Part shown: positions 33,980-45,430 of the stretch, piece after piece
Numbering within the stretch: the stretch's first letter is position 1
Layout: each line of letters begins with the position of its first letter
From: Alphaproteobacteria bacterium
GTDB lineage: Bacteria; Pseudomonadota; Alphaproteobacteria; JAAEOK01
Assembly: GCA_024244705.1 (NCBI GenBank)
Contig: JAAEOK010000060.1
Coordinates: 27,146-91,145 of the forward strand
DNA: 64,000 nucleotides
Direction: 5' to 3'
Translations under genes and position numbers: made by a program
The notes under the pieces: generated by a model
What the model was told of the DNA's origin: nothing
The model's database searches: none
What the model saw: the letters and a program-made list of their open reading frames with translations, nothing else

Positions 33980-34351
33980 ATGCCTAGAACACTGTTAGTC
34001 TATGACGACGAACCCAATGTATTGCAAATGGTGTCGATGGTCGCGCGGCAGGAGGGATTCGAGACCGTCGAAGCTCAGAACGACGAAGACTTTTGGAGCT
34101 GTTACGACGACAGGCAGCCTTCGGCAATTTTGCTCGATATCGTGGTCCCGGGGACCAGCGGCATTGAAATGCTTGGCCAGCTGGCGGGCAAAAAATGCTC
34201 CACGCCGATATTGATGATGAGCGGGTATCACCGCGAGATCCTGGGCAGCGCGCGGCGACTCGGAGGGTCTTACGGCCTCGACGTCCGGGATATCCTGGTC
34301 AAGCCCTTCTCTGTGGACGACCTCAAGTCAAAGCTGCGCGAGATCGAATAA
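33980..34351 (+). CDS. Single-domain response regulator (receiver)
   Basis: LLVYDDE, LLD (phosphoacceptor), MSG, KPF; no output domain. Confidence 0.9.
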   Translation: MPRTLLVYDDEPNVLQMVSMVARQEGFETVEAQNDEDFWSCYDDRQPSAILLDIVVPGTSGIEMLGQLAGKKCSTPILMMSGYHREILGSARRLGGSYGLDVRDILVKPFSVDDLKSKLREIE

Positions 34352-34525
34352 ACGGTCATCCGCGCGGTCCGCCCCGCACTGTCCAAGCCTTCGCTTGAGC
34401 CTCGCGTCGTTGAGTTTCTTGGACGTTTTTTCTTTGTCGGGGTCGCCGCATCCGGCCAAAACGACTAGCATGACCGCGACGCGGTGGGCGGATCGCCATT
34501 CACGGCGGCATAGTGATTTCGATAG

Positions 34526-35947
<1,422 letters not shown>

Positions 35948-36039
35948 GTATCTCGGATTCAAAGTTAGGACTCATTGTTAACATACAGATTCTCAATAAT
36001 TATATTGACGATCTACATATTTGGTGATTCCATCGGGCC

Positions 36040-36348
36040 ATGACGCTTGTACGCGAAATACGGGCGCGGGGACGCCATATCGCAACGCCGGTAATTGCCG
36101 TCACGGTGTTGTTCTATTTTGCCTACCACGCCATCCAGGGCGAGCGCGGCCTGGTCACGCGGTGGCATTTGAGCCAGCAGCTGTCAGCGGCCGATGCTCA
36201 GGTTACGGCGCTCAAGGCCGAACACGATGCGCTGCAGCACAAGGTTCGCCTGTTGCGGCCCGAATCCCTCGACCGCGATCTGCTCGACGAGAGAGCGCGC
36301 GAAATGCTCGGACTGATTGGCCAGGACGAAGTTGTTATTCGCGATTGA
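36040..36348 (+). CDS. ftsB: Septum formation initiator (FtsB/DivIC)
   Basis: TM, GERG, coiled coil, DLLDERAR; follows eno. Confidence 0.88.
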   Translation: MTLVREIRARGRHIATPVIAVTVLFYFAYHAIQGERGLVTRWHLSQQLSAADAQVTALKAEHDALQHKVRLLRPESLDRDLLDERAREMLGLIGQDEVVIRD

Positions 36349-36559
36349 GCGCCGAGGATCTGTTCCATCGCGAGAGTTCACCGCGATTAACCATTTTTAG
36401 GTTAATCATATAATTACGTAATCATTTCATAAGCTTATCGATGATCACGAAATGCGCAATTTTGTTGCGTGGGCCGATCATTCCGGATACATCTAACGCC
36501 TTCCGGCCACCATGGGATGCACGCACCCAGGCTTGTCAATTGCGATGGGGGAGGGAGGA

Positions 36560-37582
36560 GTGCCAGCCAAGAAAACCGCGACCCGGCGAAAATCGCGCCG
36601 CGCTGCCCGTTCACCCAAAATTTCACCTGAGACTTTGCTGCAACATTATCGCGACATGCTGTTGATTCGGCGTTTCGAGGAGAAGGCCGGTCAACTCTAT
36701 GGCATGGGACTCATCGGCGGATTCTGCCACCTCTATATCGGCCAGGAAGCTGTTATCGTCGGCATTCAGTCCGTGCTTCGCGAGGGCGATACCGTCATAA
36801 CCAGCTATCGCGATCATGGCCATATGCTGGCCGCCGGCATGGACCCGCGCGGCGTCATGGCGGAGCTGACCGGCCGCTCCGGCGGATATTCGCGGGGTAA
36901 GGGCGGTTCGATGCACATGTTCAGCAAGGAGAAGGGATTCTATGGCGGTCATGGGATCGTCGGCGCCCAAGTTCCGTTGGGCACCGGCATCGCCTTCGCC
37001 CACAAGTACAAGGGCCAGGGTGACGTCAGCGTGACGTTTCTCGGCGATGGCGCCGTAAACCAGGGCCAGGTCTACGAATCCTTCAACATGGCGTCGCTGT
37101 GGAAGTTGCCGGTGGTCTATGTCATCGAGAACAACCGTTACGGCATGGGGACATCGATCGAACGCGCCTCCGCGACGACCGACCTTCATCAGCGCGGCGC
37201 CGCCTACGGCATACCCGGCGAGCAGGTGGACGGTATGGACGTGCTCGCGGTTCAGGAGGCCGCCGGCCGCGCTATCGATCATGCGCGCGGCGGCGCAGGG
37301 CCTTACATCCTCGAAAAGAAGACCTATCGCTATCGTGGCCATTCGATGTCCGACCCGGCGAAGTACCGCACCAAGGAGGAGGTCAATCGGATGCGGCAGG
37401 AACATGATCCCATCGACCACGTCAAGGATCGCCTGATGAAGGAAAAGATCGTCGACGAGGCTCAGCTGAAGGAGATCGACCGGGAGGTCAAATCCGTCAT
37501 CACCGAGGCGGCGGAATTTGCCCAGAACAGCCCCGAGCCGGATCCCTCCGAGCTTTACACCGATATCCTCATTGAAGCCTAA
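36560..37582 (+). CDS. pdhA: Pyruvate dehydrogenase E1 alpha
   Basis: GFCHLYIGQEA, GDGAVNQG, YRYRGHSMSDP. Confidence 0.97.
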   Translation: MPAKKTATRRKSRRAARSPKISPETLLQHYRDMLLIRRFEEKAGQLYGMGLIGGFCHLYIGQEAVIVGIQSVLREGDTVITSYRDHGHMLAAGMDPRGVMAELTGRSGGYSRGKGGSMHMFSKEKGFYGGHGIVGAQVPLGTGIAFAHKYKGQGDVSVTFLGDGAVNQGQVYESFNMASLWKLPVVYVIENNRYGMGTSIERASATTDLHQRGAAYGIPGEQVDGMDVLAVQEAAGRAIDHARGGAGPYILEKKTYRYRGHSMSDPAKYRTKEEVNRMRQEHDPIDHVKDRLMKEKIVDEAQLKEIDREVKSVITEAAEFAQNSPEPDPSELYTDILIEA

Positions 37583-37609
37583 GGTGAGATACGCGATGGG
37601 AAACCGGTC

Positions 37610-38998
37610 ATGACTATTCAGGTCTTGATGCCCGCGCTCTCGCCGACCATGACCGAGGGGACGGTGGCCAAATGGCTGAAGGCGGAGGGCGACGCGGTCA
37701 CTGCCGGCGATGTCCTGGCCGAGATCGAGACCGATAAAGCCACCATGGAGATTGAGGCCGTCGACGAAGGCGTGCTCGGCAAGATCCTGGTCCCCGCCGG
37801 AGCCGAAAATGTGGCAATCAACACGCCGATCGCGGTCCTTCTTGAAGACGGCGAGGAGCCATCGGCCATTGCCGATGTCACCGCAGAGCCGGCGCCGTTG
37901 CCACCTTCCGCGGATCAAGCGACCGCCGCACCACCCCCTGCGGCAGCCGTGACGCCGTCCGCGCCATCCACGGTCGTTCCCGCTGCGACCTCCGTCGAGG
38001 CCTATGATGGAGAAACCCAATCGCTGACGGTGCGCGAGGCGCTGCGGGACGCCATGGCAGAAGAAATGCGCCGCGACCCGGCGGTTTTCCTGATGGGCGA
38101 GGAGGTCGCTCAGTATCAGGGCGCCTACAAGGTCAGCCAGGGCCTGTTGGACGAATTCGGTGACAAACGGGTCATCGACACCCCGATTACCGAGCACGGT
38201 TTCGCCGGTCTCGGTGTAGGTGCTGCGTTTGTCGGATTGCGGCCCATCGTCGAGTTCATGACGTTCAACTTCGCCATGCAGGCGATCGACCAGATCATCA
38301 ACTCGGCCGCGAAGACGCTCTATATGTCCGGCGGCCAAATGGGCGCGCCGATCGTGTTTCGCGGACCCAACGGGGCGGCAGCCCGCGTCGCCGCTCAGCA
38401 TTCTCAGTGCTACGCCAGCTGGTACGGCCATTGTCCCGGCCTGAAGGTGATATCGCCCTATACCGCCGCCGATGCGAAGGGCCTTTTGAAATCCGCCATT
38501 CGCGACCCGAATCCGGTCGTTTTTCTCGAGAATGAAATCCTCTATGGGCAAAGTTTCGATGTGCCAACCGATCCCGACTTTACGGTCTCGATCGGCCGTG
38601 CGCGTATCTGCCGGAATGGCGACGATGTCACGCTGGTGGCCTTTTCGCTGATGGTCGGTAAGGCGATTGAAGCGGCCAACCTGCTGGCGGCCGAGGGCAT
38701 CGAGGCCGAAGTGATCGATCTGCGCACGATTCGCCCGCTGGACACCGCCACCATCGTCGCATCGGTAAAAAGAACCAATCGTCTCGTCAGCATCGAGGAA
38801 GGTTGGCCGTTTGCCGGCATTGGATCGGAAATGGCGGCGCTGATGATGGAGCAGGCGTTCGACTATCTTGACGCACCTGTGGCGCGGGTCAGCGGCGAGG
38901 ATGTGCCGATGCCATACGCGGCCAACCTTGAGCAGTTGGCAATCCCGCAGGTTGATCGCATCGTCGCGGCCGCCAAGGCCGTCTGTTACCGGTCCTAG
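37610..38998 (+). CDS. pdhB: Pyruvate dehydrogenase E1 beta with N-terminal lipoyl domain
   Basis: EIETDKA lipoyl motif; DTPITE, EFMTFNF, QHSQ. Confidence 0.97.
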   Translation: MTIQVLMPALSPTMTEGTVAKWLKAEGDAVTAGDVLAEIETDKATMEIEAVDEGVLGKILVPAGAENVAINTPIAVLLEDGEEPSAIADVTAEPAPLPPSADQATAAPPPAAAVTPSAPSTVVPAATSVEAYDGETQSLTVREALRDAMAEEMRRDPAVFLMGEEVAQYQGAYKVSQGLLDEFGDKRVIDTPITEHGFAGLGVGAAFVGLRPIVEFMTFNFAMQAIDQIINSAAKTLYMSGGQMGAPIVFRGPNGAAARVAAQHSQCYASWYGHCPGLKVISPYTAADAKGLLKSAIRDPNPVVFLENEILYGQSFDVPTDPDFTVSIGRARICRNGDDVTLVAFSLMVGKAIEAANLLAAEGIEAEVIDLRTIRPLDTATIVASVKRTNRLVSIEEGWPFAGIGSEMAALMMEQAFDYLDAPVARVSGEDVPMPYAANLEQLAIPQVDRIVAAAKAVCYRS

Positions 38999-39009
38999 GG
39001 GGACGGCAC

Positions 39010-40311
39010 ATGACAATCCAGATTCTGATGCCGGCGCTGTCGCCCACGATGACCGAAGGATCGGTGTCGGCTTGGCTCAAATCGGTGGGCGATTCGGTCA
39101 CCGCGGGCGACGTCATAGCTGAAATCGAGACCGACAAGGCAACGATGGAGATCGAGGCGGTCGATGAAGGTGTCCTCGGCAGGATCTTGATTCCGGCCGG
39201 AACCGAGGGCATCGCCGTCAATACGCCAATCGCTGTATTGCTGGAGGAGGGAGAGGACGAATCGGCGCTGGCCGCAAGCGCGGCACCTGCCGCACCAGTG
39301 TCACCGGGCCCGACGCCGGCCGCCGTGCCTCCAATCCCGCCCGCCGCACTCACAGCGCCACCAACCGGGGCGGCGACCACGGTTCAAAAAGCCATGCCGA
39401 CTGAGGAGGGTCGTATTTTCGCCAGTCCATTGGCCCGCCGCATGGCGGCGCAAGCCGGTCTCGATCTGTCGGCGATCGCCGGATCGGGCCCCCACGGGCG
39501 CATTGTCAGGGCGGATATCGAAGCGGCGATTTCCGGTGGCGTCGCCGCGCCGGCGGCGAAATCGGCTGCCGCGCTATCCGCCGCGCCCGCGGCAACCGTT
39601 GAAATCCCTGGTTTGCCTGAATTCGAGCTGCAACCGCTCAACAATATGCGCAAGACAATCGCCCGCCGCCTCGTCGAGGCCAAGCAGACGATTCCGCATT
39701 TCTATCTTTCGATCGACTGCGAGGTGGATCGTCTGTTGCAAATCCGCGAGGACCTCAACGAACGGTCACCGGATGGCGGCGGCGCCTACAAGCTGTCGGT
39801 AAACGACTTCGTCATTCGCGCGGCGGCGCTGGCGCTGCGGCAGGTGCCCGGCGCCAATGCGTCTTTCGCGGAAGACGGAATACGGCTCTATCGATGGGTG
39901 GACATCTCGGTCGCCGTCGCGATCGATGGCGGCCTGATTACGCCCATTATTCACCGCGCCGACGGTAAGGGTTTGGCACAGATTTCGAACGAGATGAAGG
40001 ATCTGGCGGCCAAGGCACGCGACGGCAAACTGATGCCAGAGGAATACCAGGGTGGAACGTTTTCCGTGTCCAACCTCGGCATGTTCGGAATCAAGCACTT
40101 CGAGGCGGTCATCAACTCGCCCCAAGGATGTATCCTCGCCGTCGGGGCCGGTGAGCAGCGACCGGTCGTCAAGGATGGCGCGCTCGCCGTCGCGACCGTA
40201 ATGACCTGCACGCTGTCGGTCGATCATCGCGTGGTCGACGGTGCGCTCGGCGCACAGTTTCTCGCCGCGTTCAAGCAATTGATCGAAGATCCTGTGCGGA
40301 TGCTGTTGTGA
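39010..40311 (+). CDS. pdhC: Pyruvate dehydrogenase E2 dihydrolipoamide acetyltransferase
   Basis: ETDKA lipoyl motif, ASPLARR..GSGPHGRI, DHRVVDG. Confidence 0.97.
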   Translation: MTIQILMPALSPTMTEGSVSAWLKSVGDSVTAGDVIAEIETDKATMEIEAVDEGVLGRILIPAGTEGIAVNTPIAVLLEEGEDESALAASAAPAAPVSPGPTPAAVPPIPPAALTAPPTGAATTVQKAMPTEEGRIFASPLARRMAAQAGLDLSAIAGSGPHGRIVRADIEAAISGGVAAPAAKSAAALSAAPAATVEIPGLPEFELQPLNNMRKTIARRLVEAKQTIPHFYLSIDCEVDRLLQIREDLNERSPDGGGAYKLSVNDFVIRAAALALRQVPGANASFAEDGIRLYRWVDISVAVAIDGGLITPIIHRADGKGLAQISNEMKDLAAKARDGKLMPEEYQGGTFSVSNLGMFGIKHFEAVINSPQGCILAVGAGEQRPVVKDGALAVATVMTCTLSVDHRVVDGALGAQFLAAFKQLIEDPVRMLL

Positions 40312-40363
40312 TCGGATGCGGCGTCGACGAGGTCGGCGAAAAACACTTGGGGGCAAGAATGCG

Positions 40364-40780
40364 ATGAACGCGCGCACCGGAATCATAGCAATTGCCTTGC
40401 TCGCGGTCACCGTTCTGGTCATTGCCGGCATCCTAATGCTCGGTGACAGCGAACCCCAGGTCGAACCGGGAACTGAGCTCGATCAGAGCAGCGCGTTTCG
40501 AAAAGGTGACACGATCTACACGAAAGAAACCTATATCGGCATGTATGACAGCTGCATGACGGTCGCCATCCGGACCGCGAGCGAAAAACTCGGCGAAGCC
40601 ACCCTGCCGGATCAAATCACCGGCAAGATCGGCTCGTATTGCAAATGCGCGACCGACGGTGCGCGAGACAAGCTGACCGAGGTCAACCTCGCGGCCTTTT
40701 CGCGCGATCAGGCGGCGGAACCGGCGGCCTCGGTCTTGAAGCAGTTGATCGCCGATTGCACGGCCAAGTGGCTGAAATAG
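40364..40780 (+). CDS. Hypothetical membrane-anchored four-Cys protein
   Basis: N-terminal hydrophobic helix; C...YCKC...C pattern; fills the gap between pdhC and lpdA. Confidence 0.75.
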   Translation: MNARTGIIAIALLAVTVLVIAGILMLGDSEPQVEPGTELDQSSAFRKGDTIYTKETYIGMYDSCMTVAIRTASEKLGEATLPDQITGKIGSYCKCATDGARDKLTEVNLAAFSRDQAAEPAASVLKQLIADCTAKWLK

Positions 40781-40829
40781 TGTCATCCAAACTGGGCGCA
40801 CAGCGCTAGAACAAACCGGAGACCCCCGG

Positions 40830-42230
40830 ATGGTTGAGACCAACTTCGATCTTGTCGTCATCGGCGCCGGACCCGGCGGGTATGTGGCGGCTATTCGATC
40901 GGCGCAGCTCGGCATGAAGACCGCCGTGGTCGAGGACGAGCATCTCGGCGGTATCTGCCTCAATTGGGGCTGTATCCCGACCAAGGCGTTGTTGCGGTCA
41001 TCGGAAATCTACCACCTGCTCCATCACCTCGATGAATTCGGCTTCGCCGCCAAAGACATCACCATCGACATGAAGAAATTGGTCAAGCGCTCGCGCACCA
41101 TTGCCGGACAATTGTCCAAAGGCGTGGCCCATTTGCTCAAGAAGAACAAGGTCACGGTGTTCGACGGACGGGGACGTCTCGCCGGTAAAGGCAACGTCCA
41201 TGTCGAGAAGGATGGCGATAGCGTCGCGGACCTTGCGGCCAAGCACATCATCCTCGCCACCGGTGCACGGGCCCGGACCCTGCCCGGCCTCGAGCCTGAC
41301 GGCAAATTGATCTGGACTTACAAGGAAGCCATGGTTCCGGACCTGCTGCCGAAGTCGCTTCTGGTCGTCGGATCGGGTGCCATCGGCATCGAGTTCGCCA
41401 GCTTCTATCGGACGCTCGGCGCTGAAGTTACCGTGGTCGAAGTTCTCGACCGTATCCTCCCTGTCGAGGACGAGGAGATCTCGGCGCTGGCCCAAAAGGC
41501 CTTCGAGCGCCAGGGAATGAAGATCATCACCGGTGCCCAGGTCAAGGCGTTGACCAAGGGCAAGAATGATGTCACGGCGACGATCGAACGCGACGGCAAG
41601 ACTGTCAATCTCGGGGTCGAGCGTGTGATTCTTGCCGTGGGTATCGCCGGAAATGTCGAGAACCTCGGACTCGAGGGAACAAAGATCGTCGTCGATCGGA
41701 CGCATGTCGCGGTCAACGAATGGCTCGAAACCGGCGAGCCCGGCGTTTACGCAATCGGAGATCTGGTCGGACCGCCGTGGCTCGCGCACAAGGCCAGTCA
41801 CGAGGGCGTCATTTGCGTCGAGCGGATCGCCAAGGTCGAAGGCGTGCATCCGCTCGACACGACGAACATCCCGGGCTGCACCTATTGCACGCCGCAGGTC
41901 GCCAGTGTCGGCCTGACCGAGGCGCGGGCAAAGGAAATCGGGCACAAAGTTCGCGTCGGTCGATTCCCTTACATCGGCAATGGCAAGGCGATTGCGCTCG
42001 GTGAGCCGGAGGGCTTGGTCAAGACGGTCTTCGACGCCGATAGCGGAGAATTGCTCGGAGCCCACATGATCGGCGCCGAGGTCACAGAACTGATCCAGGG
42101 CTATATGGTGGCGCGCACCCTGGAAACGACGGAGGCGGAGTTGATGCGCGCCGTCTTCCCGCACCCGACCTTGTCCGAGATGATGCATGAATCGGTGCTT
42201 GACGCGTACGGGCGCGCCATTCACTTCTAG
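40830..42230 (+). CDS. lpdA: Dihydrolipoyl dehydrogenase
   Basis: [31 protein letters not shown]. Confidence 0.98.
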   Translation: MVETNFDLVVIGAGPGGYVAAIRSAQLGMKTAVVEDEHLGGICLNWGCIPTKALLRSSEIYHLLHHLDEFGFAAKDITIDMKKLVKRSRTIAGQLSKGVAHLLKKNKVTVFDGRGRLAGKGNVHVEKDGDSVADLAAKHIILATGARARTLPGLEPDGKLIWTYKEAMVPDLLPKSLLVVGSGAIGIEFASFYRTLGAEVTVVEVLDRILPVEDEEISALAQKAFERQGMKIITGAQVKALTKGKNDVTATIERDGKTVNLGVERVILAVGIAGNVENLGLEGTKIVVDRTHVAVNEWLETGEPGVYAIGDLVGPPWLAHKASHEGVICVERIAKVEGVHPLDTTNIPGCTYCTPQVASVGLTEARAKEIGHKVRVGRFPYIGNGKAIALGEPEGLVKTVFDADSGELLGAHMIGAEVTELIQGYMVARTLETTEAELMRAVFPHPTLSEMMHESVLDAYGRAIHF

Positions 42231-42252
42231 GGGGCCAATCAGGAACGGGCCA

Positions 42253-43173
42253 ATGGTTGCCGCCGAGAAATCCATGACAAAATCGGGCCTGCCGCGCAAA
42301 CCGAAATGGATTCGCGTCAAAGCACCGACGTCGAGCACCTATCAAGAAACCCGCAAATTGATGCGCCGGCTCGACCTCAACACCGTGTGCGAGGAGGCGG
42401 CGTGCCCCAATATCGGTGAGTGTTGGTCGAAGAAGCATGCCACCGTGATGATCATGGGCGACACCTGCACGCGGGCCTGCGCGTTCTGCAATGTGAAGAC
42501 CGGACTGCCAGGCGCGCTCGATGCGCTCGAACCCGACAACGTGGCGATCGCGGTCGCTGAGATGGGGCTGAGCCATGTCGTGATCACGTCGGTGGATCGG
42601 GACGACTTGGACGACGGCGGCGGTGCTCATTTCGCCAAGGTCATTCGCGCCATTCGCCGCGAATCTCCGACCACGACGATCGAAGTTCTGACGCCGGATT
42701 TCTTGCGCAAGCCAGGGGCTGCCGAGGCGGTGATCGACGCCAAACCGGATGTCTACAATCACAACCTCGAAACCGTGCCCAGGCTCTATGCGACCATTCG
42801 GCCGGGCGCGCGATACTTCCACTCGCTTCGCCTTTTGTCCCGGGTCAAGGAGCGCGATCCGTCGAATTTCACGAAATCGGGCATCATGGTCGGTTTGGGC
42901 GAGACCAAGGAGGAGGTCTATCAGGTCATGGACGACCTGCGCGCCGCCGAAGTCGATTTCCTGACCATCGGCCAGTATTTGCAGCCGACTCCGCGCCACG
43001 CGGCGATTGACCGGTTCGTGACGCCGGAGGAATTCGAGTCCTATGCCGCCATGGCCAAGGGCAAGGGATTTCTCCTTGTTTCCGCATCGCCGTTGACGCG
43101 CTCATCCTATCATGCCGGCGACGACTTCGCCCGTCTCCGCGCGGCGCGGCAGGCGCAGTTGGCCACCGCCTAG
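42253..43173 (+). CDS. lipA: Lipoyl synthase
   Basis: [24 protein letters not shown]. Confidence 0.98.
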   Translation: MVAAEKSMTKSGLPRKPKWIRVKAPTSSTYQETRKLMRRLDLNTVCEEAACPNIGECWSKKHATVMIMGDTCTRACAFCNVKTGLPGALDALEPDNVAIAVAEMGLSHVVITSVDRDDLDDGGGAHFAKVIRAIRRESPTTTIEVLTPDFLRKPGAAEAVIDAKPDVYNHNLETVPRLYATIRPGARYFHSLRLLSRVKERDPSNFTKSGIMVGLGETKEEVYQVMDDLRAAEVDFLTIGQYLQPTPRHAAIDRFVTPEEFESYAAMAKGKGFLLVSASPLTRSSYHAGDDFARLRAARQAQLATA

Positions 43174-43184
43174 ACGAAGGTCCA

Positions 43185-43622
43185 ATGCCGACCCATGCGG
43201 AAAAACGGATGCTGCCGTACACGCCGGAGCAGATGTTCGACCTCGTCGCCGACGTGGAAAAATATCCGGATTTCTTGCCCTGGTGTATCGGTGCGCGCAT
43301 TCGAAAGCGCGACGGCAATATTATCCATGCCGATCTGATCATCGGCTTCAAGATGTTCCGCGAACGCTATACGTCGCGGATCACGCTCAATCAGCCGCGG
43401 CGGATCGACGTTCAGTATGTCCAAGGACCGCTCAAATATCTGAACAATCATTGGGTCTTCGACCCGCATCCCGACGGCTGTCAAATCGATTTCTTTGTCG
43501 ATTTCGAATTTCGCTCGCGGCTCTTGGAAAAATTGATCGGGACGCTCTTCAACGAGGCGTTTCGCCGGATGGTCGGGGCATTCGAAAGGCGTGCGCAGGT
43601 CCTTTACGGCAAGACCCGATAA
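43185..43622 (+). CDS. Coq10/RatA START-fold protein
   Basis: MFDLVADVEKYPDFLPWC, GPLKYLNNHW, AFERRA. Confidence 0.92.
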   Translation: MPTHAEKRMLPYTPEQMFDLVADVEKYPDFLPWCIGARIRKRDGNIIHADLIIGFKMFRERYTSRITLNQPRRIDVQYVQGPLKYLNNHWVFDPHPDGCQIDFFVDFEFRSRLLEKLIGTLFNEAFRRMVGAFERRAQVLYGKTR

Positions 43623-43640
43623 TCACCCACCTTGCGCGCT

Positions 43641-44444
43641 TCAAATCGCGCGGATGTCCTCGCCGGCGGCCAGCAATCCGAACATGATCGTGAACATCGC
43701 CGTATTATGAATCGAATGAAACAGTATCGGCGCCCATAGAGATTCGCTCCATTCGCGCAGAAGCGCCATCATGATGCCGAGCGCGAGGATCGGAGCGAGA
43801 ATGGCCGGATGCAGATGGAGCAGGCTGAATAGTATCGAGCTGCCGATCAGACCGGTCAGGAAGCCCCACCGTGATTTGAGCCACGGGTAGAGAAGCCCGC
43901 GAAACAAGAACTCTTCGGAAATCGGAACCAGGACACCGCCGAGGATGATGATGGTGATCACGAGCCCCGGCGTAACCGGCCCCAGCGCCTCGAAGGTATC
44001 GGCATAGGGGTTGGAACCCGGCGTGCCGAGCAGGAAATCGGATATCCATTTCAATACGCGGATAACCGGAAGAAAAAGAAGCCAGATCAGCGGTACCAAT
44101 CCAACCCACCTCCACTTCATGGCGACGAAACCGAAGTCGCGCCAGTCGAGCCCCCAGAGCCGGATTGCCAACAAGTATCCGACGCCGATGAACACGATCG
44201 GTTGGGCCGCCATGAGCAAAACGAAAGTCGTTCCGGAGGTCGGATCCTCGGTGGCGCCGGGGCCTTGGGCAAGAAACGAGACAATCATCGCGCCGATGAG
44301 GATGACGACAAACAGGGCCACCGTCACCGCCAGCAACAGAACGACCCGGCCTCCGGACAAACTCGCCACACCGGTCCGGCTGGACGATCGAATTGCTACG
44401 GGCGGGGCACTTTCGCCGGGGCCCTGGGACTCAAGGTAAGGCAT
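43641..44444 (-). CDS. CPBP (CAAX/Abi) intramembrane glutamic protease
   Basis: EEFLFRG, FSLLH, HSIHN motifs; multiple TM helices. Confidence 0.9.
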   Translation of the reverse strand: MPYLESQGPGESAPPVAIRSSSRTGVASLSGGRVVLLLAVTVALFVVILIGAMIVSFLAQGPGATEDPTSGTTFVLLMAAQPIVFIGVGYLLAIRLWGLDWRDFGFVAMKWRWVGLVPLIWLLFLPVIRVLKWISDFLLGTPGSNPYADTFEALGPVTPGLVITIIILGGVLVPISEEFLFRGLLYPWLKSRWGFLTGLIGSSILFSLLHLHPAILAPILALGIMMALLREWSESLWAPILFHSIHNTAMFTIMFGLLAAGEDIRAI

Positions 44445-44940
44445 CTGTAGCCAGTATTTCGATCTGATTCAGCGCCGCCACCAGGGCTTGTTCACGAACC
44501 GCGTTGCGATCGCCGGCAAACCGATGGCCAATCGCCGCCGCTGTCCCGCCGCTTCGCGCTCCGCCGACAAAAACAAGGCCGACCGGCTTGGTTGGTGTCG
44601 CCCCGCCGGGACCCGCGACGCCGGTCACCGAGACGGCAATATCCGCCGCGGAATTGGCCAGTGCGCCGGCCGCCATGGCCTCTGCCACCTCGCGGCTGAC
44701 AGCGCCGTGCCGACTGATGAGGTCGGCGGGCACGCCAAGCATCTCGCTCTTGGCCTCGTTGGAGTAGGTGACGAAACCTCGGTCGACGACGTCCGACGAT
44801 CCGGCGATCTCGGTCAACGTCGCGGCGATCAGTCCGCCGGTGCAGGATTCCGCCGTGGCGAGGCGGAGACCGGACTGGCGGCAGGTTATCAAGGCCCCGG
44901 TTGCTTTTTCGATTAATGTATTAGAAAGAGAATATAACAT
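44431..44940 (-). CDS. pncC: CinA C-terminal/PncC NMN deamidase (start uncertain)
   Basis: AESCTGG, GFVTYSNEAK, GAVS, TGVAGP. Confidence 0.9.
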   Translation of the reverse strand: MLYSLSNTLIEKATGALITCRQSGLRLATAESCTGGLIAATLTEIAGSSDVVDRGFVTYSNEAKSEMLGVPADLISRHGAVSREVAEAMAAGALANSAADIAVSVTGVAGPGGATPTKPVGLVFVGGARSGGTAAAIGHRFAGDRNAVREQALVAALNQIEILATDALP

Positions 44941-45424
44941 AATATAAATAAACAATAAGTGCGAGTGAAATGAATGCGTAGAGACCCGCGAATACGTCGT
45001 CCAGCATCACACCCAGGCCGGCCGCGAAACGACGTTCCGCCCAATCCACCGGCCACGGTTTGAGAATGTCGAAGACGCGGAACAGCAGGAAGGCAAGGAC
45101 GAATTCCCACCACGCGCCGGTATGTATCGCCATCAGGCAGAGCCACTGGCCAACGACCTCGTCGACGACGACCGGTCCCGGGTCCTCGTCGCCGGATAGC
45201 CTCACGTAAACATCGGCCGCCCATTTGCCGACGAAGAAAAGCACCACGGCGGCGGCGAACAATCCGGCGGCGCCTGTATACACCAACAGCAGGATGCCGA
45301 ATGGAAGGGCGGCCAGCGACCCCCAAGTCCCTGGAATGCCCGGCAGGAGACCGGCGCCGAACCATGTCGCAATCAGCGCCGAAGGGTCACGAAATCGCAT
45401 TCCCGGAGGCAGAGGGGTCAGCAC
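44921..45424 (-). CDS. pgpA: Phosphatidylglycerophosphatase A
   Basis: PGTWGS, DPG.VVVDEVVG, FRVFDILKPWP, GVMLDD. Confidence 0.95.
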   Translation of the reverse strand: MLTPLPPGMRFRDPSALIATWFGAGLLPGIPGTWGSLAALPFGILLLVYTGAAGLFAAAVVLFFVGKWAADVYVRLSGDEDPGPVVVDEVVGQWLCLMAIHTGAWWEFVLAFLLFRVFDILKPWPVDWAERRFAAGLGVMLDDVFAGLYAFISLALIVYLYYVIFSF

Positions 45425-45430
45425 CGTTCG

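Noticed and set aside
36623-39016. 797-aa antisense ORF spanning pdhA-pdhB
   Set aside because: Shadow frame of high-GC codon-biased genes; no recognisable motifs
37610-39260. Near-duplicate 5' sequences of pdhB (37610 onward) and pdhC (39010 onward)
   Set aside because: Homologous lipoyl domains; a lipoylated E1 beta is well known in alphaproteobacteria
40998-42338. 446-aa antisense ORF over lpdA (likewise 61024-62055, 47044-48114 and many shorter ones)
   Set aside because: Antisense shadows of well-supported genes
43185-43622. RatA/PasT as a toxin-antitoxin system
   Set aside because: Coq10-like ubiquinone-binding protein in conserved lipA synteny; no antitoxin partner here
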